Below are positions 29,965-41,496 of a DNA stretch of 53,336 bases, one piece after another. Origin of the DNA: Candidatus Methanomethylicaceae archaeon (GTDB taxonomy: Archaea; Thermoproteota; Methanomethylicia; Methanomethylicales; Methanomethylicaceae); NCBI GenBank assembly GCA_025057955.1, contig JANXER010000007.1:1-53336 (forward strand), written 5' to 3'. A program made the translations under genes and the position numbers. The notes under the pieces were generated by a model. That model did not search any database. It saw only the letters and a program-made list of their open reading frames with translations, and was not told where the DNA came from. Numbering within the stretch: the first letter of the stretch is position 1; the number at the start of each line of letters is the position of its first letter.

Positions 29965-30900
29965 ATGGAATCCTTGGATAAAATTATTCGCATAGCAAAA
30001 GAATTTAAGGGTTTTTCTAGGAAGATTGAAATTGGCAATATTGTAAAAATTTTTGGTAATATAGATTATGATGATGCTGGCATTATAGATATTGATGATT
30101 ATCATATTGTTGTCTCCACTGATGGAATAACTGAGGATTTGGTTGTGGTTGATCCTTGGTTTGCTGGATATTATTCTGTTCTTGTTAATGTGAATGATGT
30201 TATTGTAAAGGGAGCGAAGCCAATAGGATATGTAAATGTATTATCTGGACCAAGAGAAATTAGAGATAAAATTGCAAAGGGCATAAAGGAAGGTCTTGAA
30301 AAATATGGAATTCGTCTTCTCAAGGGACATACACATCCAGATACTTCATATTCTGCTATAGATGCTGCAGTAATTGGAATTGCAAGAAAAGTAGTAAGAG
30401 GAACTACAGCAAGCCCCCTTCAAAAAATTTTAATGGTTGTAGATCTCGATGGATCTTTTATTAAAAAGGGCTGGGTCAAATGCTTTGATAGCACAATAAA
30501 CAAATCTCCAAGAGAGGTTCAAGAGATGATATCTGCAATAATATCCTTTATTGAAAATGGAGATGTAAAATGTTCTAAGGATGTAAGTGCGCCAGGAATT
30601 TTGGGAAGTCTTGCTATGTTGTGTGAAGCAAGCAATGTAGGTGCAATTGTTCATTTGGATAAAATTCCCATTCCCAAAGATATATTAATTACAGAGTGGT
30701 TGACCTCTTATCCTGCAATGGGCTTCATATTTGGAATTATTGAAGATAGAGGGATTTCTATTCTAGAAGAGGCTGGCTTCTCTATTGGGTTTATTGGTGA
30801 ATTTACTGAAGATAATAGGCTTAGAGTTGAATACAAAGGATTAGAGTATACATTTATGGATTTTTCTAAAGAATCAGTTATTGGATTAAAATCTAGCTAG
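29965..30900 (+). CDS. Methanogenesis marker protein 2 (AIR synthase/PurM-like)
   Basis: DDAG, DGI..L...PWFAGY.SVLVNVND, GHTHPD, KDVS.PG.LGSL.MLCEAS. Confidence 0.85.
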   Translation: MESLDKIIRIAKEFKGFSRKIEIGNIVKIFGNIDYDDAGIIDIDDYHIVVSTDGITEDLVVVDPWFAGYYSVLVNVNDVIVKGAKPIGYVNVLSGPREIRDKIAKGIKEGLEKYGIRLLKGHTHPDTSYSAIDAAVIGIARKVVRGTTASPLQKILMVVDLDGSFIKKGWVKCFDSTINKSPREVQEMISAIISFIENGDVKCSKDVSAPGILGSLAMLCEASNVGAIVHLDKIPIPKDILITEWLTSYPAMGFIFGIIEDRGISILEEAGFSIGFIGEFTEDNRLRVEYKGLEYTFMDFSKESVIGLKSS

Positions 30901-32485
30901 CCTTTTCTTCCGGTAATAGGTGCTTTACTACTTCAATAGCAGGCCCCTTTGCTACAATACTTCCATTTCTGAGCAAAATTGCCTCATCACATGTCTTCAT
31001 TATGAAATCTATATCATGTGAAACTATTATGAATGTTTGTTTCAATTCCCTTCTTACACTTTTTATCGACTTTACTATGTACTTTTGAGTTATAGGATCA
31101 ATGGTTCCTGTTGGCTCATCCAATATAACTAAAATTGGCTCTTTTATCAATACTTGTGAGAGGGCAACTCTATGTCTTTCTCCCTCGCTCAATTCATCAG
31201 GATATTTATTAAATAAATTCTCTATATGACTTTCTTCAAAGCCCACTGCCTTTAATGTAATTAAGGCTTTAAATTTAGCAAATTCATCTGGAAGTTCCAA
31301 TCCTATGGCATTTGTTAAATTTTCTAAAATTGTTCTATATGGATATAGGGAATATTCTTGATGTAATATTCCAATGTAGCTTGTGGCTCTTCCTCTTCCA
31401 GTTATTCCCGGCTCACTCATGTTCACCCATTCGTCGCCTACTTTGATTAAAACTTTTCCAGAGGTGGGCACTGTTAAACCTGCTATTATTCTTGAAAGTG
31501 TAGTTTTTCCTGCTCCACTTACCCCTATTATTCCAAAAATTTCTCCTCTTCTTATCTCAAATGATACACCATCTATCGCTCTTACGATTCCTCTATCTAT
31601 GGAAAAAAAGTACTTTTTCACATTTTCTACTTTCAATATTATATCTTCCACTAATGGTCTTTCCTCTCTCAAGTCCTCTAATCCTTCTGATAGAAAAATT
31701 TTCACAATTTCTTTTGGCTCACCAATTGCTTCAATTCTTCCTTCATTCAATAATATAGCTTTATTGCTCAAGATTTCTATGCCCTCAGTTAGATGTGATG
31801 TAAGTAACATGGTAACATTTTCCTTCTTCAATTCATTTAGCATGTTATATATCATTCTTGCACTTAAGGGATCAAGCGTTCCTGTAGGCTCATCCGCAAG
31901 TAATAGAATTGGATCAATGGCTAATTGTCTAGCTAATACAACTCTTTGTTTTTCTCCACCACTTAAGTCTCTTGCCACATGAATTAATCTATGAGAAAGT
32001 CCCATTTTCTCCACAAGCTCAAGGGCTTTTTTTGTTATATCATTCTCATTGATCTTCCATCTTCTACTGAATGCCTCCATAATGTTTTCATAAACTGTCA
32101 AGTTACCATAAAGGGCAAAAGTTCTTTGAAACATTATGGCAACTCTTCTCTTGATATCTTGTACAATTTTATTTTCATTCCAAAAATCAACTTCAATCAA
32201 TTTTAAACAACATCCACATCTAAGACAATTGCCTCCAACTTTGCTTGGTCTATCAACAAAACCGCATTTTTCACAATAGGCAACTCGATAAATTATTTTA
32301 CCTGATGTTGGCTCATAATTGCTTAAACCTTTTATCATTGATATGAGTACACTTTTACCAGATCCACTTTTTCCTAAAATTCCAATACAATCTCCTTCAT
32401 TTATTATAAAAGAAACATTCTTAAGGACATATTTATCATCGAATTTCTTAGAGACATTATCTACTATAATGAAGGGCTCCACCAT
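30893..32485 (-). CDS. atwA: MCR system component A2 (double ABC ATPase with zinc-binding insert)
   Basis: GKSGSGKS, CEKC...CLRC insert, IMFQRTFALY, LSGGEKQRVVLARQL, RGRAT.YIGILHQEY.LYP, ELSEGERHR. Confidence 0.93.
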   Translation of the reverse strand: MVEPFIIVDNVSKKFDDKYVLKNVSFIINEGDCIGILGKSGSGKSVLISMIKGLSNYEPTSGKIIYRVAYCEKCGFVDRPSKVGGNCLRCGCCLKLIEVDFWNENKIVQDIKRRVAIMFQRTFALYGNLTVYENIMEAFSRRWKINENDITKKALELVEKMGLSHRLIHVARDLSGGEKQRVVLARQLAIDPILLLADEPTGTLDPLSARMIYNMLNELKKENVTMLLTSHLTEGIEILSNKAILLNEGRIEAIGEPKEIVKIFLSEGLEDLREERPLVEDIILKVENVKKYFFSIDRGIVRAIDGVSFEIRRGEIFGIIGVSGAGKTTLSRIIAGLTVPTSGKVLIKVGDEWVNMSEPGITGRGRATSYIGILHQEYSLYPYRTILENLTNAIGLELPDEFAKFKALITLKAVGFEESHIENLFNKYPDELSEGERHRVALSQVLIKEPILVILDEPTGTIDPITQKYIVKSIKSVRRELKQTFIIVSHDIDFIMKTCDEAILLRNGSIVAKGPAIEVVKHLLPEEKAS

Positions 32486-32519
32486 TACTTCTCCCCATGT
32501 ATTTGATATCAAGGAATAT

Positions 32520-33158
32520 TTAAATAATGCTCTTTATTTTTTTAAGGACATCCATGGAATCCAATCTCTTTTGATCTATTTTATTATATTTTATTAATTC
32601 CTCTAATTCTCTAACCCTTCTATTTCCAAGTTCAGGAATGGCCTTCTGTAAAATTCTATTATAATTTCTCAAATAGAATGGAATTTCTTTTGCAATTCTT
32701 ATGATTATTTCATATTCTTCTTCAGAAATCTTTTTCATTTTAATAAGAAAATTGAGAGTAGCCCTAATATTTACTAGAGCCTCAGAAATTGGTTGAAATG
32801 TTATTGGATGGAAGGCAACTGCAACTTCATCATCTCCAATAATTTTACCCTCTTTATACCATCTATAGATTTCACCAACACCTATCATTCCATAAACATC
32901 TAATTCACATGCCCTAATAGCTCCTATGCTTGCTCCTCCAACAACAATTACTCCATTCTTTATAGCGCTCAAAATTTCTCTATGGGAAACTGCAATTCTT
33001 TGATAGAAAACTCCATCAATTAATCCTATTATCTTTGCTCCATCATCCACAGCCTTAATAATATCTCCCCTTCCTGCAGGAGGCCTATAATCTGCTAATA
33101 ATATGCCTTTAGCATCGCTTAATGGTAAGCTTGGCCCAAGGAATATTGTGATTTTCAT
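32520..33158 (-). CDS. tfuA: TfuA, McrA thioamidation auxiliary protein
   Basis: IFLGPSL, PPAGRGD, IDGVF....V.HREI, GASIGAIRA.EL, DDEVAV; adjacent to ycaO. Confidence 0.92.
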   Translation of the reverse strand: MKITIFLGPSLPLSDAKGILLADYRPPAGRGDIIKAVDDGAKIIGLIDGVFYQRIAVSHREILSAIKNGVIVVGGASIGAIRACELDVYGMIGVGEIYRWYKEGKIIGDDEVAVAFHPITFQPISEALVNIRATLNFLIKMKKISEEEYEIIIRIAKEIPFYLRNYNRILQKAIPELGNRRVRELEELIKYNKIDQKRLDSMDVLKKIKSII

Positions 33159-34348
33159 GAAATCCTTCTCCTACAACGCCTCCCAACTCTATCTCTATCT
33201 AACGCATAGACCTCTAAACCTGGAACTATAACTCTCACAGCAGGCACATTCAGTTCTTTTCTAGTTAAATCTACTATAATCACCTCATTTAGTCCAACTT
33301 CCTTCAATTTCTTCAAAATATAGTTTATATCCTCTAAGAAATCTTGACTTTCAAAGAGCTTTATTTCACTAAGCTTTATACTTCTTTCAGCCCTCTCAAA
33401 CCATTTTCTATTTAATCTCTTCATTCTTTCATAACCTATTATTCTTGCAAATCCTGCTTTATAGGTGTCTTCTCTTGTTCCATGTATTGTTGTGAGTCTA
33501 CTTTGTGCAGCTTCTGTTAATGCTCTTATAAGTGCTATTTCAGGAATTAGATGACAACCCACCCCCAGCGAAAGTAATGCTGGATCCTTTGTTTTTTCAT
33601 CATCTAATGCTACTGCTATAGTAGGTATCTCTATATCTGAAGTTATTTCCTTTATGTAAACCTTTATATTTGCTCTTTCGAACTTTTTTAATAGCTCTTT
33701 TGCCAGTCCATTCGAATCCACCTCTAAATCCCTCGCCTCTATTGCTTCAACCTCATACAGAGACCATGCATCTCTTTCTATAACCTCTAATAATCCATGT
33801 AATATTGCTTCTTCAATAACATTTCCTGCTGCAAGTCCATTAGTATTAGTTCTAAATAATTGATTTTCCCTTTTATATGGATGGAATACTGCCTCAGCTG
33901 GTACTAAAATTTCTTTATTTTTTATTAAAGAAAATCCATATACCCATTCCAAAATTTCCTTATGAGAATATCTTCTTAAGAATGGCAAAATCAATTCATT
34001 AGGATTCAAAATTTCATAAGATTTGGATAGTTCTTCATAACTTCCTCTTACTATTTTTGAAGAATCTGGCTCAGCTGAATATCTTTCAATTCCCTCCATT
34101 ATTGCTGAAATTTTAGCAAGTTCTGGTGTATGCCCCTTCCCATTATAAACTGTTATTGCTCCTTCAGCTGCATTAGGCCTAATGGAAGTAAACACAGGTA
34201 TTCCTATAATATCCAATCCAGTTATATCAGCAACTCTAGTTATTCCAGCTTTTTGATATACATTCTCTAAGAGGCTTAATGTTTCATGAAGACTTTTAGC
34301 TCTATGAGTTCCTTCTTTTAAAACCTTCTTTACTTGCTTTAAAATCAA
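33155..34348 (-). CDS. ycaO: YcaO McrA-glycine thioamidation enzyme (methanogenesis marker 1)
   Basis: GTHR, ITRVADITGLD.IGIPV, GKG, MEGIERYS, TNGLAAGN, EVIERD, EAAQSR, VRVIVPGLE. Confidence 0.93.
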   Translation of the reverse strand: MILKQVKKVLKEGTHRAKSLHETLSLLENVYQKAGITRVADITGLDIIGIPVFTSIRPNAAEGAITVYNGKGHTPELAKISAIMEGIERYSAEPDSSKIVRGSYEELSKSYEILNPNELILPFLRRYSHKEILEWVYGFSLIKNKEILVPAEAVFHPYKRENQLFRTNTNGLAAGNVIEEAILHGLLEVIERDAWSLYEVEAIEARDLEVDSNGLAKELLKKFERANIKVYIKEITSDIEIPTIAVALDDEKTKDPALLSLGVGCHLIPEIALIRALTEAAQSRLTTIHGTREDTYKAGFARIIGYERMKRLNRKWFERAERSIKLSEIKLFESQDFLEDINYILKKLKEVGLNEVIIVDLTRKELNVPAVRVIVPGLEVYALDRDRVGRRCRRRIS

Positions 34349-34352
34349 AATT

Positions 34353-35594
34353 TCACCCTTCGAGTTCTTTCATTCCAGATGCCATTAATGCTACTCCTAC
34401 TGCTCCTATTAGATTTGGTCTTTGAGGAACGATAACTTCTACGCTTAGCACATCCGACATAGCTTTTACAAGGCCTTTGATTAATGCTGTGGAGCCAACT
34501 TGTATTATGGGATGTCTTATATCTATTTCTTGAAGTTGTTGCTCAAAAACTTGTTCAGCTACACTATAACATGCTGCAGCTGCAACATCCTCTATTCTAG
34601 CTCCACTTGCTAAAGCTGCAACCAAGTCTTGAAGGCCAAAAACTATACAATAGGCATTCATTGGCACATTTCTATAATCCCCTTTCAATGCTAATTCTCC
34701 AAGCTCATCAAGGCCAATCCCCAATCTTTTTGCGCTAGTTTCTAAAAATCTACCAGAAGCTCCAGCACAAACTCCTCCAACTGTGAAACTATCCGGTATA
34801 CTATCATAAAGTGTAATGGCTTTATTATCCATCCCGCCTATATCTATAACCGTGGCATCTCCTTTTTGTCTATCACATAGAAATAATGCTCCTTTCGAAC
34901 ATGTGGAAACTTCTTCCATAGAGAGTTGAGCTTTATAGTATTCCTTTAGTATTCTCCTGCCATATCCTGTGACACCTATGGCTTCTAATCTTTCAAAGTC
35001 TATGTTAGCCTCTTTAAGCGCAATTTCAAGCGCCTTCTTCCCACTCTCTAAAACGCTTGTTGTAGGGAGCCATCCAACACCAACTATTTCATTATCCTTC
35101 ATAATTACTGCTTTTGTTGTTGTTGATCCAGAATCTATTCCTGCTGTTATTCCTTCTTGCTTCGTTCTTGCAAATAGGGGTTTTTTACTGATTATATTCA
35201 CCAGCGCCTCCATTCTCAATAGTAGAGTTCCAGCCTTAGTTCTCTCCGTAAAGGAATAGGTTACAACTGGAATTTTGCTCTTACTCTGAATATATCTTCT
35301 AACTATGCTTCTCACAAGCGCCCCCTCAGCACATTTGAAGCAAGTTGTTAGAAATACACCATCTACTTCCACTTCTCTCTCCACAATTGCTTTTGCTCTT
35401 GCCATCATTAATTTTAATCCACTACTGATAGCATGAAATCCTAATTCCTCCTCTGCTACTTTTATATCATTCAAGTCTACCTCAGGTACTACTATTCTTC
35501 CTCCAACCATCTCTGCAGCTTTTTCTATCTCTTTCTGAATCCCACTATATTCTGTTCCACATGATATTTGTGCAATTCTTACTTTTCCTGTCAT
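34353..35594 (-). CDS. Methanogenesis marker protein 15 (ASKHA, acyl-CoA dehydratase activase-like)
   Basis: [55 protein letters not shown]. Confidence 0.9.
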   Translation of the reverse strand: MTGKVRIAQISCGTEYSGIQKEIEKAAEMVGGRIVVPEVDLNDIKVAEEELGFHAISSGLKLMMARAKAIVEREVEVDGVFLTTCFKCAEGALVRSIVRRYIQSKSKIPVVTYSFTERTKAGTLLLRMEALVNIISKKPLFARTKQEGITAGIDSGSTTTKAVIMKDNEIVGVGWLPTTSVLESGKKALEIALKEANIDFERLEAIGVTGYGRRILKEYYKAQLSMEEVSTCSKGALFLCDRQKGDATVIDIGGMDNKAITLYDSIPDSFTVGGVCAGASGRFLETSAKRLGIGLDELGELALKGDYRNVPMNAYCIVFGLQDLVAALASGARIEDVAAAACYSVAEQVFEQQLQEIDIRHPIIQVGSTALIKGLVKAMSDVLSVEVIVPQRPNLIGAVGVALMASGMKELEG

Positions 35595-35628
35595 TTTTGA
35601 CCATCCTATAATTTGGCTGACCATTTTT

Positions 35629-36777
35629 CTACTTTATCCTTATCTCTACAACATCTCCATCCATTAGTACATGATCCTCTCCTACTCTTTCTCCATCATA
35701 ATTTACTGATTTTCCCCATACTTTTGCATACTTAAAATTCTTATATAGATGAGAATGAACAATTTTAGCAATCTCTATAACTTTTGTGCCCATAGGAACT
35801 ATTATAGGCTTTTTAGCAATTTCTCCATTTGGTTCCTTAGTATATACTCTTACAATTCCAAGAATTTTAAACAATGATTCTCCTATTTTTGATAATCCCT
35901 CTCCTGTTGCTGTTGAAACTCCTATGGCCTCTTTTCCAATAGCTTTTTTAAATTCTTCAACAGCATTTGGATTCAAGTCTATTTTGTTTATTAAAATTAA
36001 TGCAGGTTTATATGTCTTGGTTTGCTCAAGGGCCTCTATGAAATCCTCTAAATCAACCTCCCCCAAAATCTTTATTATTGCGTTTCTTATTCCTCTTTCC
36101 TTGAGAAGTTCCCTCACATCTTCAATTTTACAAGATAATCTTCCCATACACTTTATTTGAATGCCGCCGCCACTTGTGAGCTCTATCTCAACTCTATTTA
36201 CTTTTCTCTCAAGTATTATTCCTGCATTTCTTAATTCATTAACTATTATATTATATTGCTCCACAGGATTCCTTCCATCCAATAATAATATTAAGCCATC
36301 AGAATTTCTTATCAAGCTTAATAGCTTCGATCCCCACTTTCCATTTTCCATTCCTTCATAAATGGCTGGAGTATCTATCAATTGGAATTGAATATCCTCA
36401 TATTGCATCATGCCAGGAACTGGATCTTTTGTTGTAAATGGATGATTTGAAACCTCTGATTTTGCATTTGTCAACTTTGTAATTAAAGAACTTTTTCCAC
36501 ACCCTGTTAATCCTATTATCGCTATTTGTGCAGCCCCCTCCTTCTTTATGGAAAAGCTTGTATCTCCTCCACCAGTTTTCCTTTTTTTCTGTTCCTCCAA
36601 TTCTTTCTTCAATTGAGCTAGTCTTCTACGAAGGTGCCCTCTCATTTTCTCTGTTCCCTTATGTTCAGGTATGAGGGATAGAAATTCTTGTAGATACTTT
36701 ATCTTCTCCTGTAGCGTCTTTGCCTCCATATACTTTTTTTCAGCAGCTCTCGCTTGTGGAGGAAGATTTGTTGGCAT
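35629..36777 (-). CDS. DRG/OBG-family GTPase with TGS domain
   Basis: [44 protein letters not shown]. Confidence 0.92.
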   Translation of the reverse strand: MPTNLPPQARAAEKKYMEAKTLQEKIKYLQEFLSLIPEHKGTEKMRGHLRRRLAQLKKELEEQKKRKTGGGDTSFSIKKEGAAQIAIIGLTGCGKSSLITKLTNAKSEVSNHPFTTKDPVPGMMQYEDIQFQLIDTPAIYEGMENGKWGSKLLSLIRNSDGLILLLDGRNPVEQYNIIVNELRNAGIILERKVNRVEIELTSGGGIQIKCMGRLSCKIEDVRELLKERGIRNAIIKILGEVDLEDFIEALEQTKTYKPALILINKIDLNPNAVEEFKKAIGKEAIGVSTATGEGLSKIGESLFKILGIVRVYTKEPNGEIAKKPIIVPMGTKVIEIAKIVHSHLYKNFKYAKVWGKSVNYDGERVGEDHVLMDGDVVEIRIK

Positions 36778-36799
36778 TTTCCTTTAAATAAATCTACTA

Positions 36800-37771
36800 T
36801 TACTTATTATTCTTTCTTTTCATTATATTTACCATTCTTGCAATTCTAACTGCTCTATCCGCTACTTCCACGGCAGTAGTTCCAAACAAATATGTATTTG
36901 GCTCTATGCCAAATCCTCCCTCATCAACTATGACATCTACCCAGCCTACATTCTTTTTCGCTAAATCCTCTATAAAATCTAAGAGCTCTTGCTCATCCTT
37001 TTTATCCATATCCCTTTTGAATATGTAAGTCTTAAGACCTAGTCTCTCTATTGCTAATCTTACATATTCATTATAGGTTATATTTATTGAAGCGCGAAGA
37101 TTTGGATTGATCTTCATAACCTTAAGAAGAACTTTTCCAAGATGACCCGATACTCCGAACTCAGGATCAAGTAAAGCCTTCGCTTTTCCTCTGAACCTCA
37201 CGATTCTTCCTGGTACTCCTGCTACATCTGATATATTTCTAGCCCCCTCTATAGCCATAACAACATTGGAGAAAACTTCAGGTAGTACTACGGAGAATTC
37301 CTGAGTCCCTTCTATTAATTCTAGAGCTGATTTCACCTCATTAATCACTCTACGCCTCATATCCATTACATCTATTGTCAAACCCATATGAAGCTGCATA
37401 CAAATACTACATCTCTCTTCCACTAGATTGGATATCTTCATTCTATGTGCATGGCATATTGTTCCACTTTTTCTAAGATTTAAGCAAATTCTACAAACTT
37501 CATATATAGTATCAACCTGTCCTCTTTTCTTCATATTCATTTCAGCTGCAATGCTTCTTGCGATTGCCTTCAATTCTTCTAAATCAAAGGGAGGACTTAT
37601 CAATTCACTCTCATTCTGACTTAAGTATCCACTTACTGCTGCTTGTGTTACTCCTAATCTATCCGCGATTTTCGTCTGAGGCCAGCCGTAAGTCTGACTT
37701 AACTCCTTTGCAACAAGAACTCTTAATGCTGGTAAAAATTTTCTTACCACTATTTCACATGGTGGATTCAA
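36800..37771 (-). CDS. thiR: ThiR-type regulator (XRE HTH plus ThiN-like thiamine-phosphate domain)
   Basis: PPCE....LPALR, Q..IA..LGVTQAAVS.Y HTH, C..H/C..C, PEV.SN, VPGRI, PEFG.S.H, G.EP; divergent from thiDN. Confidence 0.8.
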   Translation of the reverse strand: MNPPCEIVVRKFLPALRVLVAKELSQTYGWPQTKIADRLGVTQAAVSGYLSQNESELISPPFDLEELKAIARSIAAEMNMKKRGQVDTIYEVCRICLNLRKSGTICHAHRMKISNLVEERCSICMQLHMGLTIDVMDMRRRVINEVKSALELIEGTQEFSVVLPEVFSNVVMAIEGARNISDVAGVPGRIVRFRGKAKALLDPEFGVSGHLGKVLLKVMKINPNLRASINITYNEYVRLAIERLGLKTYIFKRDMDKKDEQELLDFIEDLAKKNVGWVDVIVDEGGFGIEPNTYLFGTTAVEVADRAVRIARMVNIMKRKNNK

Positions 37772-37877
37772 AATCCTCCCCCCATAAGTGATTTATATAA
37801 TCATTATTTTTCATTAATAAATTATTTATATTACCCTTTATAAAGGTGATCTACAAATTTTATAAATTGGTGGTTTT

Positions 37878-39230
37878 TTGAGAATCCCTACTGTTTTAAC
37901 AATTGCTGGATCGGATTCGGGTGGAGGAGCAGGAATAGAAGCAGATTTAAAAACTTTTGCTGCAATAGGCGTTCATGGTACTGTTGCTATAACTGCCATC
38001 ACTGCACAGAATACTACAGGAGTTTTTGGAATACATGAAATACCACCTGAGATGATTAGACTTCAAATAGAGGCAGTCTATAATGATATTGGATTTGAAT
38101 TTGCAAAAACTGGCATGTTATTTTCAGAGGCTATAATAAACGAAGTTTCTGATGTTATAAAAAAACTTGGAATTAAAGTTGTTGTAGATCCAGTAATGAT
38201 TGCAAAATCTGGAGCGCCTTTGCTATTGCCAGAGGCAATGACTGCACTTAAGGAAAAATTAATTCCATTAGCTGAAGTTGTAACTCCAAATGTTAATGAA
38301 GCAGAGGCTTTAACTGGAATTAAAATTCATACCATAGAGGATTCAATAAGAGCAGGTAAAGCCATTCTTGATTTAGGGCCTAAAGCAGTAGTTGTAAAGG
38401 GCGGACATCTGAAGGGAGATGCTGTGGATGTTTTATATACTAAAGAAGGAGTAATTAAAATATTAGGAAGTCCAAGAGTAGAATCAATCACCACTCATGG
38501 TACTGGTTGTACTTTTTCTGCAGCTATAGCTGCTTATCTTGCGCTTGGTTTATCTATTGAGAATGCCTTTGCTGAAGCTAAGAAGTTTGTTACAAACGCT
38601 ATTAAGTATGGCTTAAGAATTGGAAAAGGTGTAGGGCCTGTTGAACCAATGAGCAATCTAAGAATAGATGCAGAGCGCTATAGAGTAATCTCAAAGATGT
38701 ATGATGCTCTGCGTCTATTGGAATCATCCCCTCAACTTTCTAAGCTAACACCAGAATGTCAGATAAATTTAGTGATGGCTCTTCCATATCCATTTGCAGA
38801 TAGCATAGAGGCTGTTTGTGGAATTCCTGGTAGAATTACTAATATTGGTGGAAGATTACGTCCATCATCTTGTCCTACTTTTGGAGCTTCAAAGCATTTA
38901 GCTCGTCTTATAATAACAGTTATGGAATATGATTCAAATGTGAGATCGGCTATGAATATAAAGTATTCTAAGGAAATAATTGAAACTTGTGAAAAGCTTG
39001 GTTGGATTGTAAGCTATTACGATAGATGCAAGGAGCCAGAGGAAATAAAAGCAAAGGAAGGAGCAACAATTCCATGGGGCACAAGAGAGGCAATTAAATC
39101 CATTGGAAGAATTCCAGATATAATTTATCATACTGGAGATTATGGAAAGGAGCCAATGATTGTAATACTAGGGAGGGATCCTTTAGAGACGGTATCGAAA
39201 GCAATTAAGCTAGCTGAATCCTTAGCTTAA
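37878..39230 (+). CDS. thiDN: Bifunctional HMP/HMP-P kinase and thiamine-phosphate synthase
   Basis: [36 protein letters not shown], then a ThiN domain (PECQ.N, PGRI, FGASKH, GKEPM). Confidence 0.93.
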   Translation: MRIPTVLTIAGSDSGGGAGIEADLKTFAAIGVHGTVAITAITAQNTTGVFGIHEIPPEMIRLQIEAVYNDIGFEFAKTGMLFSEAIINEVSDVIKKLGIKVVVDPVMIAKSGAPLLLPEAMTALKEKLIPLAEVVTPNVNEAEALTGIKIHTIEDSIRAGKAILDLGPKAVVVKGGHLKGDAVDVLYTKEGVIKILGSPRVESITTHGTGCTFSAAIAAYLALGLSIENAFAEAKKFVTNAIKYGLRIGKGVGPVEPMSNLRIDAERYRVISKMYDALRLLESSPQLSKLTPECQINLVMALPYPFADSIEAVCGIPGRITNIGGRLRPSSCPTFGASKHLARLIITVMEYDSNVRSAMNIKYSKEIIETCEKLGWIVSYYDRCKEPEEIKAKEGATIPWGTREAIKSIGRIPDIIYHTGDYGKEPMIVILGRDPLETVSKAIKLAESLA

Positions 39231-39234
39231 TTTC

Positions 39235-39744
39235 TTAGCTTAATTTAAATGATTTATTTTTTAAAACATCAAACAGCCCACTCCTTAAACCCTCCAAAAA
39301 AGATGTTATTTTGAACAAAGGAACAATAAATACATTGTTTTTTTCCTTTATTCTCTCCTCATATAATGTTACTAATGTTGGTATTATAATAATCTCTTTC
39401 CAACTTTCAAAATCAATTAAGGATAATTCAGCTAATTTGTATGAAAAATATAAACATCTATTATAATGTAACAATGTTGCATTTTTTAAAGCAGAGAATT
39501 TACTATATTTGGCCTTCCAATGCTTACAATCTGCCACTATTATTCTTGGATTTTCCAAAGCTATAATATCTATTTCATATCTCCTCTTATTATAAGAAAA
39601 TCTTAAATTTTTAATGGTTAGAAAGCCACTCTCTGATAGTATGGATGAGGTTAAATCTTCAAAATCCCTCCAACCCTCCTTTTTTAAAATCTCTTCAAGC
39701 TGTTCTCCTGATTTCATTCTTTCCTCAAGCTCTTTTAGTAGCAT
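39235..39744 (-). CDS. PD-(D/E)xK nuclease-like (NERD/Mrr-like) protein
   Basis: WRDFEDL...L...GF, EIDIIA, DCKHW. Confidence 0.7.
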   Translation of the reverse strand: MLLKELEERMKSGEQLEEILKKEGWRDFEDLTSSILSESGFLTIKNLRFSYNKRRYEIDIIALENPRIIVADCKHWKAKYSKFSALKNATLLHYNRCLYFSYKLAELSLIDFESWKEIIIIPTLVTLYEERIKEKNNVFIVPLFKITSFLEGLRSGLFDVLKNKSFKLS

Positions 39745-40554
39745 TCACTCACCGAAGAGAACTTCATTTGGTATTTTCGCTATTGGTGGATTAATCAATT
39801 TATGTCTATTTTCAATAATCCTTCTCAATATGAACTTTATTTTATCCCTTCTCTCCTCTCCTAATACTTTCACAATTTTTTCATAGTCATAGCCTAAGTC
39901 CAAATGGTAATATAATATTTCATCAATTTCATCATAACTCATTCCAAGCTCCTCTTTTGCTGTTTGACCTCTCCATAAGCCAGGACTACTTTCCTTTTCA
40001 ATTATTCTCTCTGGTATATTCAAAAATTTTGCCAATAATCTTACTTGTGTTTTATAAAGTCCTCCTATTGGAAGTATATCCACTCCACCATCCCCATATT
40101 TTGTGAAATATCCAATTGCCAATTCGCTTCTATCACCACATCCTACTACTATTCTTCTTTCCATATTTGCAAAATAGTATAATATTATCATTCTAACTCT
40201 TGCTTTTAGATTTCCCTCAGCTATCAAGTCTCCTTTTCTTTCAAGCTTATTTAGAAAACACTTCACAATTTCTTCAATTTCAATTATTCTATATTGTAGA
40301 TTGTATTTATTCACAATAAACATGGCATCTTGTATTTCCTCTAAATCACTTCTTTCAGGCATTATTAATGCTAAAATTTTCTCTCTTTCAAAGGTACGAG
40401 CAAGTAGAGCTGCTACAGTTGATGAATCTACTCCTCCACTTAATCCAAAAACCACTCCTCTATCTCCAATCTCTTTTCTTAGAAAATCTCTTATTATTTC
40501 CTCAGTTTTCTTCAAGTTTATATTTTTCAATGGATTACACACTTGAAGCACCAA
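39745..40554 (-). CDS. nadE: NH3-dependent NAD+ synthetase (start may be a few codons downstream)
   Basis: GLSGGVDS, NLKARVRM, GYFTKYGDG, LYKTQV, S.GLW.GQT. Confidence 0.94.
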   Translation of the reverse strand: MVLQVCNPLKNINLKKTEEIIRDFLRKEIGDRGVVFGLSGGVDSSTVAALLARTFEREKILALIMPERSDLEEIQDAMFIVNKYNLQYRIIEIEEIVKCFLNKLERKGDLIAEGNLKARVRMIILYYFANMERRIVVGCGDRSELAIGYFTKYGDGGVDILPIGGLYKTQVRLLAKFLNIPERIIEKESSPGLWRGQTAKEELGMSYDEIDEILYYHLDLGYDYEKIVKVLGEERRDKIKFILRRIIENRHKLINPPIAKIPNEVLFGE

Positions 40555-40599
40555 AAAATAATAATAGAAATTACTTTTTTATAATTCATGGTGATAAAT

Positions 40600-41283
40600 A
40601 TGAGAGTTTTCTATCCTTTATTACTTATAAATTTCAAAACTTATATTGAGGCTCTTGGAGATAGAGGTCTAAATCTTGCGAAGATTGCTGAAAAAATTTC
40701 TTTGGAATATGGAGTTTGTATAGCAGTAGCTCCTCAATTTGTTGATATAAAAATGATTGCTGAAGAAGTTTCCATACCAATTTTTGCTCAACACATTGAT
40801 CCATATATGCCAGGTGCATATACAGGTCATATAACGCCAGAATCAATTAAGGAAGCTGGTGCTCATGGAACTCTATTAAATCATTCAGAGAGGCGCTTGA
40901 GAGTGGATGAAATAGAACTTTCATTAAATAGATGTAAGGAGCTAAATCTAATTTGTTGTATATGTGCAGGAAATACTCCTATAGCTATATCATTATCTAT
41001 GCTAAATCCAGAAATGGTTGCAGTAGAGCCTCCAGAGTTAATAGGATCTGGAATATCAGTTTCAAAAGCAAAGCCAGAGATAGTTAAATCCTCAGTAGAG
41101 GCCATTAAAAGAATTAATCCAAGTGTACATGTTTTATGTGGTGCAGGAATAAGTGATGATGTAGATGTACGCAAGGCTATTGAGCTAGGATCCGAGGGCA
41201 TATTAGTTGCATCTAGTATTGTAAAATCAAAAGATCCGGAAAAATTATTACAAAAATTTGCTAAAGCGATGTTATCCTCATAG
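40600..41283 (+). CDS. tpiA: Triosephosphate isomerase, archaeal type
   Basis: INFKTY, AQHID, NHSERR, AVEPPELIGSG, LCGAGI, ASS; GGTGA RBS before ATG 40600. Confidence 0.96.
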   Translation: MRVFYPLLLINFKTYIEALGDRGLNLAKIAEKISLEYGVCIAVAPQFVDIKMIAEEVSIPIFAQHIDPYMPGAYTGHITPESIKEAGAHGTLLNHSERRLRVDEIELSLNRCKELNLICCICAGNTPIAISLSMLNPEMVAVEPPELIGSGISVSKAKPEIVKSSVEAIKRINPSVHVLCGAGISDDVDVRKAIELGSEGILVASSIVKSKDPEKLLQKFAKAMLSS

Positions 41284-41496
41284 AATTTAATATTTTTCAC
41301 AATCAATGTATGGAAATATAATAAAATGTAATTAAATGTAATTATAGAAGTTATAGATATATAATTTATCTTAAATTGTTTTAAGTTTTGAAATGTAAAT
41401 TAATGATAAACTAATAGTAATTATTTAAGAGGGTAGAAAATTTTTCAATTTAAAGAAGAATTGACTATCAAATGAATGGGAATTATGGAGAAATTT

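Noticed and set aside
39235-39744. PD-(D/E)xK nuclease as a defence system or mobile element
   Set aside because: A stand-alone gene abutting nadE, with no methylase, transposase, integrase or terminal repeats.
41284-41496. AT-rich convergent gap with tandem AAATGTAATT (41324-41343) as a CRISPR remnant, sRNA or origin
   Set aside because: Only two 10-bp copies in very low-complexity DNA; no spacers, no C/D boxes, no ORB cluster and no cdc6 nearby.
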